From: Pseudomonadota bacterium
GTDB lineage: Bacteria > Desulfobacterota > Desulfobulbia > Desulfobulbales > Desulfocapsaceae
Reading direction: 5' to 3'
Assembly: GCA_043798185.1 (NCBI GenBank)
Contig: JAZDOW010000027.1
Location: forward strand, 26,586 to 90,585
DNA length: 64,000 nt
Shown here: positions 11,434 through 21,745 of the stretch, in pieces
Layout: every line of letters begins with the position of its first letter
How positions within the stretch are numbered: the stretch's first letter is position 1
Position numbers and translations under genes: made by a program
The notes under the pieces: model-generated
Database searches by the model: none
What the model was told of the DNA's origin: nothing
The model's input: only the letters and a program-made list of their open reading frames with translations

Positions 11434-11483
11434 TTTTTGATGAGAGTCTGCCTCAGAGCAAGAATTATAAGCAAAGAGTGACA

Positions 11484-12032
11484 ATGAAAGTTACACCTAC
11501 AGCAATTCCGGAAGTTTTACTCATCGAGCCAAAAGTGTTCGGTGACGCCCGAGGTTTTTTCTTTGAAAGCTTTAACCTGCGCCAGTGGCAGGAAAAGACC
11601 GGTATTGACCGTGTTTTCGTTCAGGATAATCATTCGCGGTCCGACAAGGGGGTCCTGCGCGGAGTGCACTATCAAATCCGTCAACCTCAAGGCAAACTGG
11701 TTCGGGTGGTTGTCGGTGAAGTATTTGATGTGGCGGTAGATCTGCGGCGCGCATCAGCCACTTTTGGGAAGTGGGTGGGGGCAATTCTGTCAGCCGACAA
11801 CAAAAAACAATTGTGGGTTCCGGAAGGATTCGGTCATGGCTTTGTCGTCCTTTCGGAGACCGCAGAATTTCTCTATCGCACCACCGACTATTATGCACCC
11901 GAGCATGAGCGTTGCATTGTCTGGAATGACCCTGATCTTAAAATTGACTGGCCGATATCTGAAGCGCCCGTCCTCTCACCAAAGGATACGGCTGGGGCGG
12001 CCTTTCGAAATGCCGAAGTTTACCAATCCTAG
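11484..12032 (+). CDS. rfbC: dTDP-4-dehydrorhamnose 3,5-epimerase
   Basis: FGDARGFFFESF, QDNHSRS, RGVHYQ, DVAVDLR, GFGHGF. Confidence 0.96.
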   Translation: MKVTPTAIPEVLLIEPKVFGDARGFFFESFNLRQWQEKTGIDRVFVQDNHSRSDKGVLRGVHYQIRQPQGKLVRVVVGEVFDVAVDLRRASATFGKWVGAILSADNKKQLWVPEGFGHGFVVLSETAEFLYRTTDYYAPEHERCIVWNDPDLKIDWPISEAPVLSPKDTAGAAFRNAEVYQS

Positions 12033-12136
12033 CCACCCTTTCTTTGCCCTTCGTCTCATGCTTGAAATCTGCAGGAAACATACAACAGCGAGTACGTGGC
12101 CGTATACTATTCTGTTTGGGATTTGGGCAATTTTGA

Positions 12137-12919
12137 TCAGGAAAAGCCGGTTGTGTCCAGAGAGGTTGGTGTATCGATAAGCATCTCGAGATTCTTTTTG
12201 CCCTTTTCCTTAAGGAAAGCAAGAAAACTCTGGCAGCTGGTGCTGAGAATTCGTTCCGTAGGAAAGCCGATCCTGGCAACAAAAGCTAAGCATTCGGCAA
12301 AGCGCCCAACATTGCAAGCAATGTGCGCATCACTGCCAAAAGTCAGTCTTCCATCGTGGCGACCCACGGCCTCCGCGAGGGAAGTACAATTCTTCTCACT
12401 GCCTAGCCGGGAGGTAGTGAACGAAGAATTGTTGATTTCCACAAGCACGTTATAGGCTTTGGCAGCTTTGGCGACTTCATTTACATCGATTGGGAAAATT
12501 GGGTTGCCACCGTGGGCAAAGACATCTATTTTTCCGGAGGACATGGCTTTGATGACTGTGTCAGTGTGTGTGCTCCTGGTGGAGGGTTTAAAAACCGGCT
12601 CATGGAGACTGGCGAGAACGATATCGAGATGAGCATGCAGGGAATCATCGATATCAAGCTCGCCTTCACCGTTTACGATGTTTGCTTCAATGCCCCGCAG
12701 GATTTTTACCCCGTCCATGATCCTGGGAATTACCCGCATATTCATGAAAAACCAGATATGTGGGCTGCCCGGCATAGCTGGACCATGGTCGGTTATGGCG
12801 AGGAGCTTTATTCCTTCTGCCGCCGCTGCTGCAACATTTTCACCCAACGAGCTGTAGGCGTGACCGCTGGCGATTGTGTGGGTATGGCTGTCGACCTCAA
12901 TGTACATTAGCAGGCTCAT
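12137..12919 (-). CDS. YcdX-like PHP-domain phosphatase
   Basis: DSHTHTIASGHAYS, ITDHGP, GIEAN, AHGGNP, EINNSS, GSDAH; start placed at ATG 12919 (alternative 12907). Confidence 0.88.
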   Translation of the reverse strand: MSLLMYIEVDSHTHTIASGHAYSSLGENVAAAAAEGIKLLAITDHGPAMPGSPHIWFFMNMRVIPRIMDGVKILRGIEANIVNGEGELDIDDSLHAHLDIVLASLHEPVFKPSTRSTHTDTVIKAMSSGKIDVFAHGGNPIFPIDVNEVAKAAKAYNVLVEINNSSFTTSRLGSEKNCTSLAEAVGRHDGRLTFGSDAHIACNVGRFAECLAFVARIGFPTERILSTSCQSFLAFLKEKGKKNLEMLIDTPTSLDTTGFS

Positions 12920-13221
12920 GGTAGTAAGCTTTTCTATTATCAATCCCTGATGACTACTACGGACTATCTTACAATTTATGCTGGATTTGTCTAGAGGATG
13001 AAGTGCATTCATCAGAGCACAAAATTGGGAAGACAGAGTTGTGGTATTGGAGAGTGGCAACTTTATGCGTTTTTAGGTATGATAGCGCGGTGTTTTGGAG
13101 CTTCTCTTTTTTCAATTCGAACATGCAATATTTTGATTTGAAGCACTATTTGGACTTATACCCCTTTGTTACGTTCGGACACATTGGTTGATTCATCAAC
13201 TCTCAATTTGAAGATATAAAG

Positions 13222-14451
13222 ATGAAAAAAATACAAGTGACGCACCCAGTTGTGGAACTGGATGGTGATGAGATGACCCGCATTATCTGGAAATTCATTA
13301 AGGATAAGCTTATCTTACCCTACATTGATCTGGATATCCGCTATTTTGATCTGGGGCTTGAGGCAAGGGATGCCACTGATGATCAGGTGACCATCGATGC
13401 AGCCAACGCCATCAAGGCCATCGGCGTTGGCATCAAGTGTGCGACGATAACCCCCGATGAAGGACGGGTCGAAGAGTTCAAACTGAAAAAAATGTATAAA
13501 TCGCCGAACGGTACCATTCGTAATATCCTTGGCGGGACAGTTTTTCGTGAGCCGATAATAGTTAAGAATATTCACGGCTTGGTAAACACCTGGAAGAAAC
13601 CAATCTGTATTGGGCGTCATGCCTTCGGTGATCAGTATGAAGCCACCGATTTTGTCGTCAAGGGACCGGGAAAACTGACGGTTACCTTTACTCCGACTGA
13701 TGGTGGAGATCTTCAGCACTATGAGGTGTACGACTTTCAGGGTGGTGGGGTAGCCATGACCATGTACAATACCGATGCATCGATCACCGGTTTTGCCCAT
13801 TCCTGTTTTAACCAGGCTATTCACAAAAAGTGGCCCCTGTACCTCTCTACGAAAAACACCATTCTTAAAAAATATGACGGCAGGTTCAAAGATATCTTTG
13901 CCGATTTGTACGAAACTACCTATAAACAGCGGATGGATGCACTGGGCATAGTCTATGAACATCGGCTGATCGACGACATGGTGGCTTCGGCTCTGAAATG
14001 GGAGGGAGGATTTGTTTGGGCTTGCAAAAACTATGACGGGGATGTCCAGTCCGATACCCTGGCGCAGGGCTTTGGATCCCTCGGGCTGATGACCTCAACC
14101 CTGGTGACACCGGATGGTAAAACCATGGAGGCTGAAGCGGCCCATGGTACCGTCACTCGCCATTTTCGAGAATATCAACAGGGCAGGCCGACATCCACCA
14201 ATCCCATTGCCTCGATCTTCGCTTGGACCCGAGGTCTGGCTTTCCGGGGTGAGCTTGATGATAATCAACCGCTTATCGACTTCTGTGAGAAACTTGAGGC
14301 TGTTTGTGTTGAAACTGTCGAGAGCGGCAAAATGACCAAGGACTTGGCGCTTTGCATCCACGGTAAGAATCTCAAGGCAGAGCATTATCTTGAAACCGAG
14401 GAATTTCTTGATGTCCTCGCAAAGAACCTGCACCAGAAGCTCACCATCTAG
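13222..14451 (+). CDS. icd: NADP-dependent isocitrate dehydrogenase (type II)
   Basis: [45 protein letters not shown]. Confidence 0.97.
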   Translation: MKKIQVTHPVVELDGDEMTRIIWKFIKDKLILPYIDLDIRYFDLGLEARDATDDQVTIDAANAIKAIGVGIKCATITPDEGRVEEFKLKKMYKSPNGTIRNILGGTVFREPIIVKNIHGLVNTWKKPICIGRHAFGDQYEATDFVVKGPGKLTVTFTPTDGGDLQHYEVYDFQGGGVAMTMYNTDASITGFAHSCFNQAIHKKWPLYLSTKNTILKKYDGRFKDIFADLYETTYKQRMDALGIVYEHRLIDDMVASALKWEGGFVWACKNYDGDVQSDTLAQGFGSLGLMTSTLVTPDGKTMEAEAAHGTVTRHFREYQQGRPTSTNPIASIFAWTRGLAFRGELDDNQPLIDFCEKLEAVCVETVESGKMTKDLALCIHGKNLKAEHYLETEEFLDVLAKNLHQKLTI

Positions 14452-14485
14452 GTTTATTTGGGACGGGGAAAAGCAACTATCGATT

Positions 14486-14538
14486 AAAAATCTTACAGCT
14501 TTCAAGAGTTATCAAGACTCAAGAGCTGTAAGATTTTT
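14486..14538. terminator. Likely bidirectional terminator between convergent icd and DUF2231 gene
   Basis: AAAAATCTTACAGCT ... AGCTGTAAGATTTTT 15-bp perfect inverted repeat. Confidence 0.75.
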
Positions 14539-14567
14539 CGGGAGGGTTTGAAAAGGCAGTAACCTTT

Positions 14568-14999
14568 TCAACCATACACCAGTTGACCGCCAGAATACCC
14601 TAAACCTCCACCACACGCCAGGCACAGAAAATAGAAGAGCAGCATTTTAGCCGGGCTCGCCCCTTTATTTTTCAATATCACCGATACAGCCAAGAGAACC
14701 GTCAGCACGGCGCCAAGGATCATTTTAATAATGATATACTTATTCCATTCACCTTGCTGCAAGTGCAGCCAATCAAGGATTCCGGCGGCAATGACCGGGC
14801 CTACAAATACCAGGGCAAGCACAGAACAATGATAAGCCGTCTCGGCCAACTTGTCGCTTTTCCATATGAGACCGAGAAGGGAAAAAACTACCATACCGAT
14901 AATCATACCCATCGGAATATGAGTGAGCATCGGATGAAGAGGGTGGGTAAAGCCAACGGATGCCAGAAATGAATAGAGGTTTTCAACCATTGAATTCAT
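14568..14999 (-). CDS. DUF2231-like 4-TM membrane protein
   Basis: HPLHPMLTHIPMG motif, four hydrophobic helices, GYSGGQLVYG end; AAGGAG SD before ATG 14999. Confidence 0.78.
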   Translation of the reverse strand: MNSMVENLYSFLASVGFTHPLHPMLTHIPMGMIIGMVVFSLLGLIWKSDKLAETAYHCSVLALVFVGPVIAAGILDWLHLQQGEWNKYIIIKMILGAVLTVLLAVSVILKNKGASPAKMLLFYFLCLACGGGLGYSGGQLVYG

Positions 15000-15150
15000 A
15001 GAATGCTCCTTTATGCTAATCATGATGTCGTCCATTTATAGAGACGACGGAAGATCCTCTTTGCTGGTTTGAAAAATAATAGTAATCATTCCTCCTTAAG
15101 AAGCGAAAGCATTTTACTGACCATGTTTTTTTCTTTGGGCTAGTTTTTTG

Positions 15151-15225
15151 GTCACTCACAAAAACGTTACGCGTTTTTTGTGAAGATTTTTCAATAAGTG
15201 ACATATCCCATTTATCGGGGTTAGG
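15151..15225. repeat. Dispersed ~75-bp structured repeat, copy 1
   Basis: About 80% identical by eye to 63777-63853; internal inverted repeats. Confidence 0.8.
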
Positions 15226-15236
15226 TGAGGAGTGTA

Positions 15237-15563
15237 TTACTTCACCTTCTTCAAATAGGCATAAATATCTGCTGTATCCTGTTCGGAGATTTTTGACTCA
15301 GGAAATGGCGGCATGATTGGGGCATCTTTTTTTCTCAGTTTTTTAATAAAGCTGCCAAATCCCATGTCTATGCCGGTAATATTGGGGCCACGACCGCCAT
15401 TGCCCTTCTCGCCGTGGCAGGCGTTGCAGTTGTTCATCTTGTACCATTTCTCCCCGTTTTCAGCATTGCCGGGGGGAGTGGTTCCGCAAGCCGAAAGGGC
15501 CGCCAGGAGGAAGAGAAAAAGAACAAAGAAAGCGAAGATTTTGGCGCGACTGGCAGGTGGCAT
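15237..15563 (-). CDS. Monoheme c-type cytochrome, lipoprotein
   Basis: Lipobox LSAC, CNACH heme motif, distal IMPPF Met. Confidence 0.88.
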   Translation of the reverse strand: MPPASRAKIFAFFVLFLFLLAALSACGTTPPGNAENGEKWYKMNNCNACHGEKGNGGRGPNITGIDMGFGSFIKKLRKKDAPIMPPFPESKISEQDTADIYAYLKKVK

Positions 15564-15745
15564 GCAACTCTCCTTGATGATAAGGTTATTTATGGAGATG
15601 GCGCGGGGAGATGATTACTAATTCGCATGGTAAGAGGAGAGATATCAAATGGCAAGAACAATTTTGTGATCTTTTGCACAGGTTTGGGGTATAGCAGGGG
15701 GAGTATTCCTTGGAGAACAATTGGCGACAGGACTGGAGAATTTCA

Positions 15746-17014
15746 TTATTGAGAGAAGCTGGTAGCTCCAACAGCAATGAAGTGCAGTTCCTTGAGCAGT
15801 TCCTTTCTGGTGTTTTCCGGTTGATTAAGGAGAATGGCAAAGGGGATGAGTGTTTCCCCTGTCGGGAAGTATCCAACAAAACAGTAGACTCCGGTGAGGG
15901 TGCCGCTTTTCACCGGGATTGTTTCCCGGAGACTGAGGAGAGAGGCGTACGGCTTGAAGCGATTCAGTACTTTGATGAAAATGGCCGGACTGATTCGGTT
16001 TTGCCTCGATAATCCGGCTCCTTCCATCATGACAACGAGACCCTTGGGAAGGCCGAGGGTAGTTGCCAGATAATTGCTAAAGGCTTGCCGGGACTTCTCC
16101 CATGTCGCGGGCAGACCGTGAGTGTGTATGCCGCATGTCAGAAAGAGCTGGTTGGCAATGAAATTGTTGGAATATTTGAGACAATCTTTGATGATTTCCT
16201 CAAGGTTGGCCCGGCTCCGGTGGATAAGAATGGGTTTCAGATGGACTGGCGTCCTTTGAATTTTCCACGGACGGCGTATGGTAATACCAACCTTTTGCAG
16301 CTGAGCCGTGAAAAGCTCGCCAACATAGCGTAGAGCTGATGTTTTCCCAGGTTGAGCCGGGAGCATATTAATGTTAAGGCGATGTGCTCCGGGTGCGAGG
16401 TTGGCGCCGATTTCTCGCATGAGGGGGAGGAGTGGGGTCTGGGATTCGCCTGAGCTTATTTTCCCCTTTTTGCTGACAACTAACGAAACCGCATTAAAAT
16501 TAACGGCCAGAGCGCCGTTGGGCGCATCATAGCTTTTTGCCGAATTTTCTTCGCTTGCCGTCTCACCTCGCAGGTCGAAGGCGCTGTCGTCAAGGCATAT
16601 TGACGACAGCCGACGAATGCCCATTTCTGAAAGCTTTCCGGCGATCTCCAGCAAAATCTCCGAGGTTAGAAGAGGATCGCCGTATCCCTTAACATAAAGA
16701 TTCCCTTGCCCATCAAGGAAAATGTGGGTTTCAAAACGATACTCCGGGCCGAGGAAATCCAGGGCAACCAGGCTTGTGAGAATTTTCAGGGTCGAGGCGG
16801 GCACAAATCGCTCATTTTCCCGGTATTGGAGACGGCCACTGCCGTCTTCAACAATATACCCGCCGTTATTGATCAGGCGCTGCACATCATCCTGGGCATA
16901 GGCGGGCTGTTGGCAAACCGCGCTGAGAATACAGCAGAGCAAGAGAAATCGGTAAAATGACGATATGCCGGAAATAGCTGTCGTCATGAAGCGCAAACTG
17001 AGAAAATTGTCCAT
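15746..17014 (-). CDS. dacB: D-alanyl-D-alanine carboxypeptidase/endopeptidase (PBP4, peptidase S13)
   Basis: PASTLK (SxxK), GYGDP, SNN (SxN), GAGLSRQN, KSGTL; exact start uncertain. Confidence 0.88.
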   Translation of the reverse strand: MDNFLSLRFMTTAISGISSFYRFLLLCCILSAVCQQPAYAQDDVQRLINNGGYIVEDGSGRLQYRENERFVPASTLKILTSLVALDFLGPEYRFETHIFLDGQGNLYVKGYGDPLLTSEILLEIAGKLSEMGIRRLSSICLDDSAFDLRGETASEENSAKSYDAPNGALAVNFNAVSLVVSKKGKISSGESQTPLLPLMREIGANLAPGAHRLNINMLPAQPGKTSALRYVGELFTAQLQKVGITIRRPWKIQRTPVHLKPILIHRSRANLEEIIKDCLKYSNNFIANQLFLTCGIHTHGLPATWEKSRQAFSNYLATTLGLPKGLVVMMEGAGLSRQNRISPAIFIKVLNRFKPYASLLSLRETIPVKSGTLTGVYCFVGYFPTGETLIPFAILLNQPENTRKELLKELHFIAVGATSFSQ

Positions 17015-17036
17015 AGATTGTAGAAAATGAAGGCAA

Positions 17037-19586
17037 TTAGTCGAGATCCATAGTCCGCCAGGCGGTTTTCAGGATTTTTATAGCCAGAGTCTCCTCCTTG
17101 GCAAGACCGAGGATCTGCCCTAGAGCCTCGATTGGCTTGATCCCCGGTTGGGTACTTACTCCAAGCAAATCAAGTTGGATCGAAGCAGACCCAGAGATGT
17201 TCAGCGAGGGAATCAAGGGACGGATGTCGATTTCGCTGATTTTCCCTTTTCTGGTCTTGGTAACAGGGTAATGTTCACTGCTCTGGAATTTCACCACTCG
17301 CTCTTTCTCCTGTTCGGTGAGGTCTCTTGCAAGAGTGAGAGTATACGAAGTAAGAAGACTTTGCGGTACTTTGCCGGAATGGGCTTCGATTTTCACTATG
17401 CTTAGGCCCGGGACAAGTTTTTCGTTAAGTTTGGCAGCCGTGGCTGCACAATTTCTCAGAGGTGCGGGAAGATCCATGATAAAAAACTCAGAGAGACTCT
17501 CGGTTCCCGAAGCCAAGGCGGGTCCAAAAGAGATCTTGGGTGAGGGATTGAAGCCCTGGCTGAAGTTGGTCTTTATTTCTGCCCGGCGGAGGGTGCGAAA
17601 AATTCCCTGCAGTATCTCCAGGTGACCGAGATAGCAGATATTTCCCAGACGGGTGTAGTGGACGATATACTTAAAGTGGCCAGGCGTTGCTCCTTTCCCC
17701 AAAACTTCAGATTTGTTCGGCCCAGAGACCGGCACTGACTGTGGCAAAGGAGTTTGGGCACGGTTGCAGACTATCGGCAAGAGGGTTTTGAAATCACAAA
17801 GGCCGCATTTTTGGCAGGCGTGATAACGACAGTCGGGAGTGTATTCCTCGGTGTGCGCTTTTACCAATTCATCGAGGAGAAACTGCGGACTTACCCCAGT
17901 AGAGAGGTGCTGCCATGGCAGGATCTCATCGGCTTGCCGAGTTTGCAAATAGGACTCCAAGGACAGCTGGCAGCTCTCGGCCGCTTTTTGCCAGCGGGCA
18001 AGATCAAAATACTCGTCCCAGCCATCTAAGCGCGCTCCGTCACTCCAGGCCTTTTCAATAAGTTGTGCAAGACGCCGGTCACCACGGGAGAATACACCTT
18101 CAAGAAAACTCTGACGGGGGCTATGGTATCTGAGATTGCAGCCTTTGCCGGGCAGGGATCTTTTAATCTGCCCAATACGGTTCATGCCCTCTTCCATGCT
18201 GAGCTGTCTTTCCCATTGGAAGGGTGTGTGCGGTTTGGGGATAAAGGTACCGACACTGATGGTAATCTGCCTTTTCCCTCGCCCCCCACCTCGGCTGCTA
18301 TCGGCGAGAATTTTTTTGGCCAGGTCGACAATGGCGGTGATATCCTCATCGGCCTCAGTGGGGAGGCCTATCATGAAGTAGAGCTTGATGCTTTGCCAGC
18401 CGGCGCTAAAGGCGTCATTACAGGTGGCAAGAAGATCTTCTTCGGAAATTCCCTTGTTGATGACCCGTCGCAACCTTTCGCTGCCGGCCTCGGGCGCGAG
18501 AGTAAAGCCGGTTTTGCGAACCCTTTTCACCTGCTCCATGATAGTAGGGGAGAGAGTTCCGACCCGCATGGAAGGCATGGCGATGGAAATGAACCTGGGT
18601 GCGAATTTGTCCATGAGGGCTGGAAGAACTTGTTCCAGGCAGCTGTAGTCACCAGTGGAAAGAGATAACAAGGCGAGCTCCTCAAAGCCCGAGTTGTCGA
18701 TGCCACATTCCGCCAGTTCCATTATTTGCTCAGGGCTCCGTTCGCGCACAGGCCGGTAGGTGATACCAGCCTGGCAAAACCTGCAGCCCCTGGTGCAACC
18801 GCGGGCAATCTCTATCCCCAATCGGTCATGGACTATTTTAGCATTGGGGACTATGGGGTTTTTAAGATGCTCGATCTTATTCAGATCTCGGAGAATTCGG
18901 CGACGAATCAACCCCTTTTGACCACTCTTATGGCGGATCGCCTGGAGCTTGCCGGTGCTGTCATAGTCTGTCTGAAAATGTGCAGGGATATATATTCCGT
19001 CAATCTCAGCGAGCCGGTCAAGGAGATCGGTTTTCGTCATGCCGGATGCCTTATGCTCTGCAACGATGTGGCCAATTTCGATAACTGCCTCCTCGCCGTC
19101 GCCAAGCAGTATGGCATCGAAAAAATCAGCGACCGGTTCCGGGTTGAAGGACCCGGCGCCACCGCCAAGGAGCAAGGGAAAAGAGCTGTCCCTGTCTCGA
19201 GAATACAAGGGAATGGCGGATAGATTGAGGATCGTCAGGATGTTGGTGTAGCAGAGCTCGTAGGGTAGTGTAATTCCAATTATATCAAATTCTCGCAATG
19301 GGCGGGACGATTCGAGACTGGTGAGGACCTGTTTTTTCTGGCGTAAAATTTGTTCAATGTCGATGTCGGGGCAATAACATCTTTCCGCCGCGAAATCGGC
19401 TTGTAGATTCAATAAATGATAAAGGATTTGCAGTCCGTGATGCGACATGCCGATCTCATAGAGATCGGGAAAAACCAAGGCAAAACGGATTTTCATGGAA
19501 TCCCAGTTCTTTTTTCCTGTATTATATTCATGACCAAGATAGCGGCCGGGTTTGGAGATAGAGGCAAAATGTGTTTGATCGGTCAT
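17037..19586 (-). CDS. TIGR03960-type radical SAM protein fused to a TIGR03936/DUF2344-like C-terminal domain
   Basis: FPDLYEIGMS, RGCTRGCRFCQAG (CxxxCxxC), APEAGSERLR, KPHTPFQ; C-terminal YLGHLE..FSQGFNPSP. Confidence 0.88.
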   Translation of the reverse strand: MTDQTHFASISKPGRYLGHEYNTGKKNWDSMKIRFALVFPDLYEIGMSHHGLQILYHLLNLQADFAAERCYCPDIDIEQILRQKKQVLTSLESSRPLREFDIIGITLPYELCYTNILTILNLSAIPLYSRDRDSSFPLLLGGGAGSFNPEPVADFFDAILLGDGEEAVIEIGHIVAEHKASGMTKTDLLDRLAEIDGIYIPAHFQTDYDSTGKLQAIRHKSGQKGLIRRRILRDLNKIEHLKNPIVPNAKIVHDRLGIEIARGCTRGCRFCQAGITYRPVRERSPEQIMELAECGIDNSGFEELALLSLSTGDYSCLEQVLPALMDKFAPRFISIAMPSMRVGTLSPTIMEQVKRVRKTGFTLAPEAGSERLRRVINKGISEEDLLATCNDAFSAGWQSIKLYFMIGLPTEADEDITAIVDLAKKILADSSRGGGRGKRQITISVGTFIPKPHTPFQWERQLSMEEGMNRIGQIKRSLPGKGCNLRYHSPRQSFLEGVFSRGDRRLAQLIEKAWSDGARLDGWDEYFDLARWQKAAESCQLSLESYLQTRQADEILPWQHLSTGVSPQFLLDELVKAHTEEYTPDCRYHACQKCGLCDFKTLLPIVCNRAQTPLPQSVPVSGPNKSEVLGKGATPGHFKYIVHYTRLGNICYLGHLEILQGIFRTLRRAEIKTNFSQGFNPSPKISFGPALASGTESLSEFFIMDLPAPLRNCAATAAKLNEKLVPGLSIVKIEAHSGKVPQSLLTSYTLTLARDLTEQEKERVVKFQSSEHYPVTKTRKGKISEIDIRPLIPSLNISGSASIQLDLLGVSTQPGIKPIEALGQILGLAKEETLAIKILKTAWRTMDLD

Positions 19587-19777
19587 TGGATTCCTAGGGA
19601 AGATTGCCGGTTGGAAAAAGCCGCGAGAGCGCAAAATACTTGGATTATATTAATTCTTCAGCCCACCATTTACTGAAATTTTGTTGACTTTTCAAGTCAG
19701 TATGATGTATTCAATATTATACTACTAAGGTGTTTTCGATAACCATTCGTTTTAATATGTAAAAAAGGATCAGTCTG

Positions 19778-20791
19778 ATGAAATGGCCTGCATGGTTTCT
19801 TGTTGCTTTTGCTGGATTGATTGTTGCATTTTCGTCTCCAATCTTCGCGGCATCATCGGCAGCAGTGTCGATTGAATCGATTTCGCATAATGTTGGGCTT
19901 GAGGGCAAGGAGAAGTTGACTTTCAAGTTGAGTGCCCAGGTAGTGCCGAACATTTTCACGATTAAAGGCGACAATCCCCGTCTGGTCATCGATTTCCCCG
20001 ACACTACATATGCGGGCAAAGGCGTTATTTCTCTCGCCGAAAGCAAATTAGCCACAGCGATTCGCACAGCCATTCATCAGTCCCCTGAAAAGAAGACCAG
20101 AGTAGTCGTGGATCTTGCCAAGCTGATACCCGTACGCTACACTAATAAATATTCCGAAGTGGATGGTACTTTCACGGTCGATCTTTACTCTGATTCCCAG
20201 GTGGGGCCGCAGAAGGAAACCCCTCCTGTTTCACCGGCCACTCAGAAAGTTGCCATACCCCAAACTAAAACCACCGAGGAGGTCGCAATCAAGCCTGTGA
20301 ATGAAACGCCGGCACCTTCTGTAGTATCTCTGCCGGGGCCAGCTAAGAAACCGGCCGTTTCCTCCGCAACAGAAAATGCGACTCTTCTTCCCGTCACTCC
20401 CGCAAGTAGTGTTGCCAATAACCAGAAATCACAGCTTCTCAATGTCTCTTTTGATGATTCCTCCAGCAAGGGTGAGATGGTGACCTTTCATGTGACAGGC
20501 TTTCAGCCACCAACGATTTCTGCTGTCGAAAAAAATAACCCGCGGGTTATTTGTGATTTTATTGGTATGGAATTAGGCAAAGCGGTAGAGGAAAATATTT
20601 TTCCCAAAGGCAAGTATGTTGAACGTATAACTCTAACCAAACACAGCAAACCGGATAAGGTCCGTGCGACACTCAATCTCACTCCCAATAGAGATTACGA
20701 TTTGCAGCAGATTTTCTTCAAGAAAGACAATCTCTTTGTCTTGATAGTCAATGAACTGCCGCCGGAGAAGACAACGAATAAAGTGCAATAG
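19778..20791 (+). CDS. AMIN-domain periplasmic protein
   Basis: Signal peptide; two repeats NPRLVIDF..TRVVVDL and NPRVICDF..VRATLNL separated by a P/T/A-rich linker. Confidence 0.75.
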   Translation: MKWPAWFLVAFAGLIVAFSSPIFAASSAAVSIESISHNVGLEGKEKLTFKLSAQVVPNIFTIKGDNPRLVIDFPDTTYAGKGVISLAESKLATAIRTAIHQSPEKKTRVVVDLAKLIPVRYTNKYSEVDGTFTVDLYSDSQVGPQKETPPVSPATQKVAIPQTKTTEEVAIKPVNETPAPSVVSLPGPAKKPAVSSATENATLLPVTPASSVANNQKSQLLNVSFDDSSSKGEMVTFHVTGFQPPTISAVEKNNPRVICDFIGMELGKAVEENIFPKGKYVERITLTKHSKPDKVRATLNLTPNRDYDLQQIFFKKDNLFVLIVNELPPEKTTNKVQ

Positions 20792-20923
20792 AGAGACGTC
20801 ACGAAATAGCCTTGTCAGTTCAGCTATCTCTTTCGCGTTTGGTGTGGTTATCAAACTCAAGTGGGAACGGAACAAAGTGTTGCGTCGGACAAGTCTTTGG
20901 CTAGTTTGTGTTTTGACAATAGC

Positions 20924-21745
20924 CTAGGGCCTGTACTGTTGCATGTAACCCCGCGGCACAGGCAGTGAATATTTTTTGGCATCATGACTCAGTTGGACAT
21001 TCGACAGCTTGAGACGGATGTCGATGCCATACTCGAGTCCGGTTATTTTTATTTCCTGGGGTTGTTGGCAGGTACCCTCTGTCGTCCAGTCGCCATAGGT
21101 TATTTCGGCGACAATCTTCCCTGCGCCATTTTCCAGGATACGAGAGAGGGGTAAATTACTGACCGACTCAAGCAGTAGATGGCTTATCCCTGCTGGTTCA
21201 GTCTTTTCATGACGAAAAGAAATCCACAAACCACGGGAGTCCTTATCCTCATGGATGGCACTTATGGTACTAGCGGGACGGAGGTTCCTTGCTGTCAGCC
21301 ACTCTCCCCAAGGCCCTTTGAGTATCTCCACCGGAATATCATGGCGCAGACCAAAGGATTGCAGGCTGCCTGCCAAAAACATTTTTTCAGGAACGTTCAC
21401 AGCTTGATACTCTTCCTGATCTCCGGCGATGGCAAGAACAGTTTGGCCGAAAGGGTTGGCAACAACGAGCTTGTAGTATCCAGGCATGGAAAATCGCAGG
21501 AAACCGCTCAAGGCATTTTTCCCAAGAGGATCTGAATAGAAAAGAGCCAGATCGCCATCGAAGCTTTGTCCACATGATTGATTCTTCAAAACTAGCGAAT
21601 CAACAAGTTGGCTGGTTGCGGCAAATCGGTCACCCTCAAGGGGAGTGGTCCACGGCTTTCCAGCGCATCCGGAGAAAGTCAGGGCAGCGAGCAGGATCAG
21701 ACTTGCTGTTAAGAAACCTGACTTATTGTTGCTTTTCGAGGGCAT
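20924..21745 (-). CDS. Lipoprotein, possible LolB/LolA-like fold (DUF4292-like)
   Basis: Lipobox LTFSGC; beta-rich, NPFGQT motif; overlaps the end of the TPR gene. Confidence 0.5.
   Translation of the reverse strand: MPSKSNNKSGFLTASLILLAALTFSGCAGKPWTTPLEGDRFAATSQLVDSLVLKNQSCGQSFDGDLALFYSDPLGKNALSGFLRFSMPGYYKLVVANPFGQTVLAIAGDQEEYQAVNVPEKMFLAGSLQSFGLRHDIPVEILKGPWGEWLTARNLRPASTISAIHEDKDSRGLWISFRHEKTEPAGISHLLLESVSNLPLSRILENGAGKIVAEITYGDWTTEGTCQQPQEIKITGLEYGIDIRLKLSNVQLSHDAKKYSLPVPRGYMQQYRP

Noticed and set aside
12920-13060. Long N-terminal extensions in the ORF track (ycdX-like gene, acs, prpE, sucD, tetR1, HDAC)
   Set aside because: Downstream ATGs align with family N-termini, most with clear SD sequences; starts were trimmed accordingly
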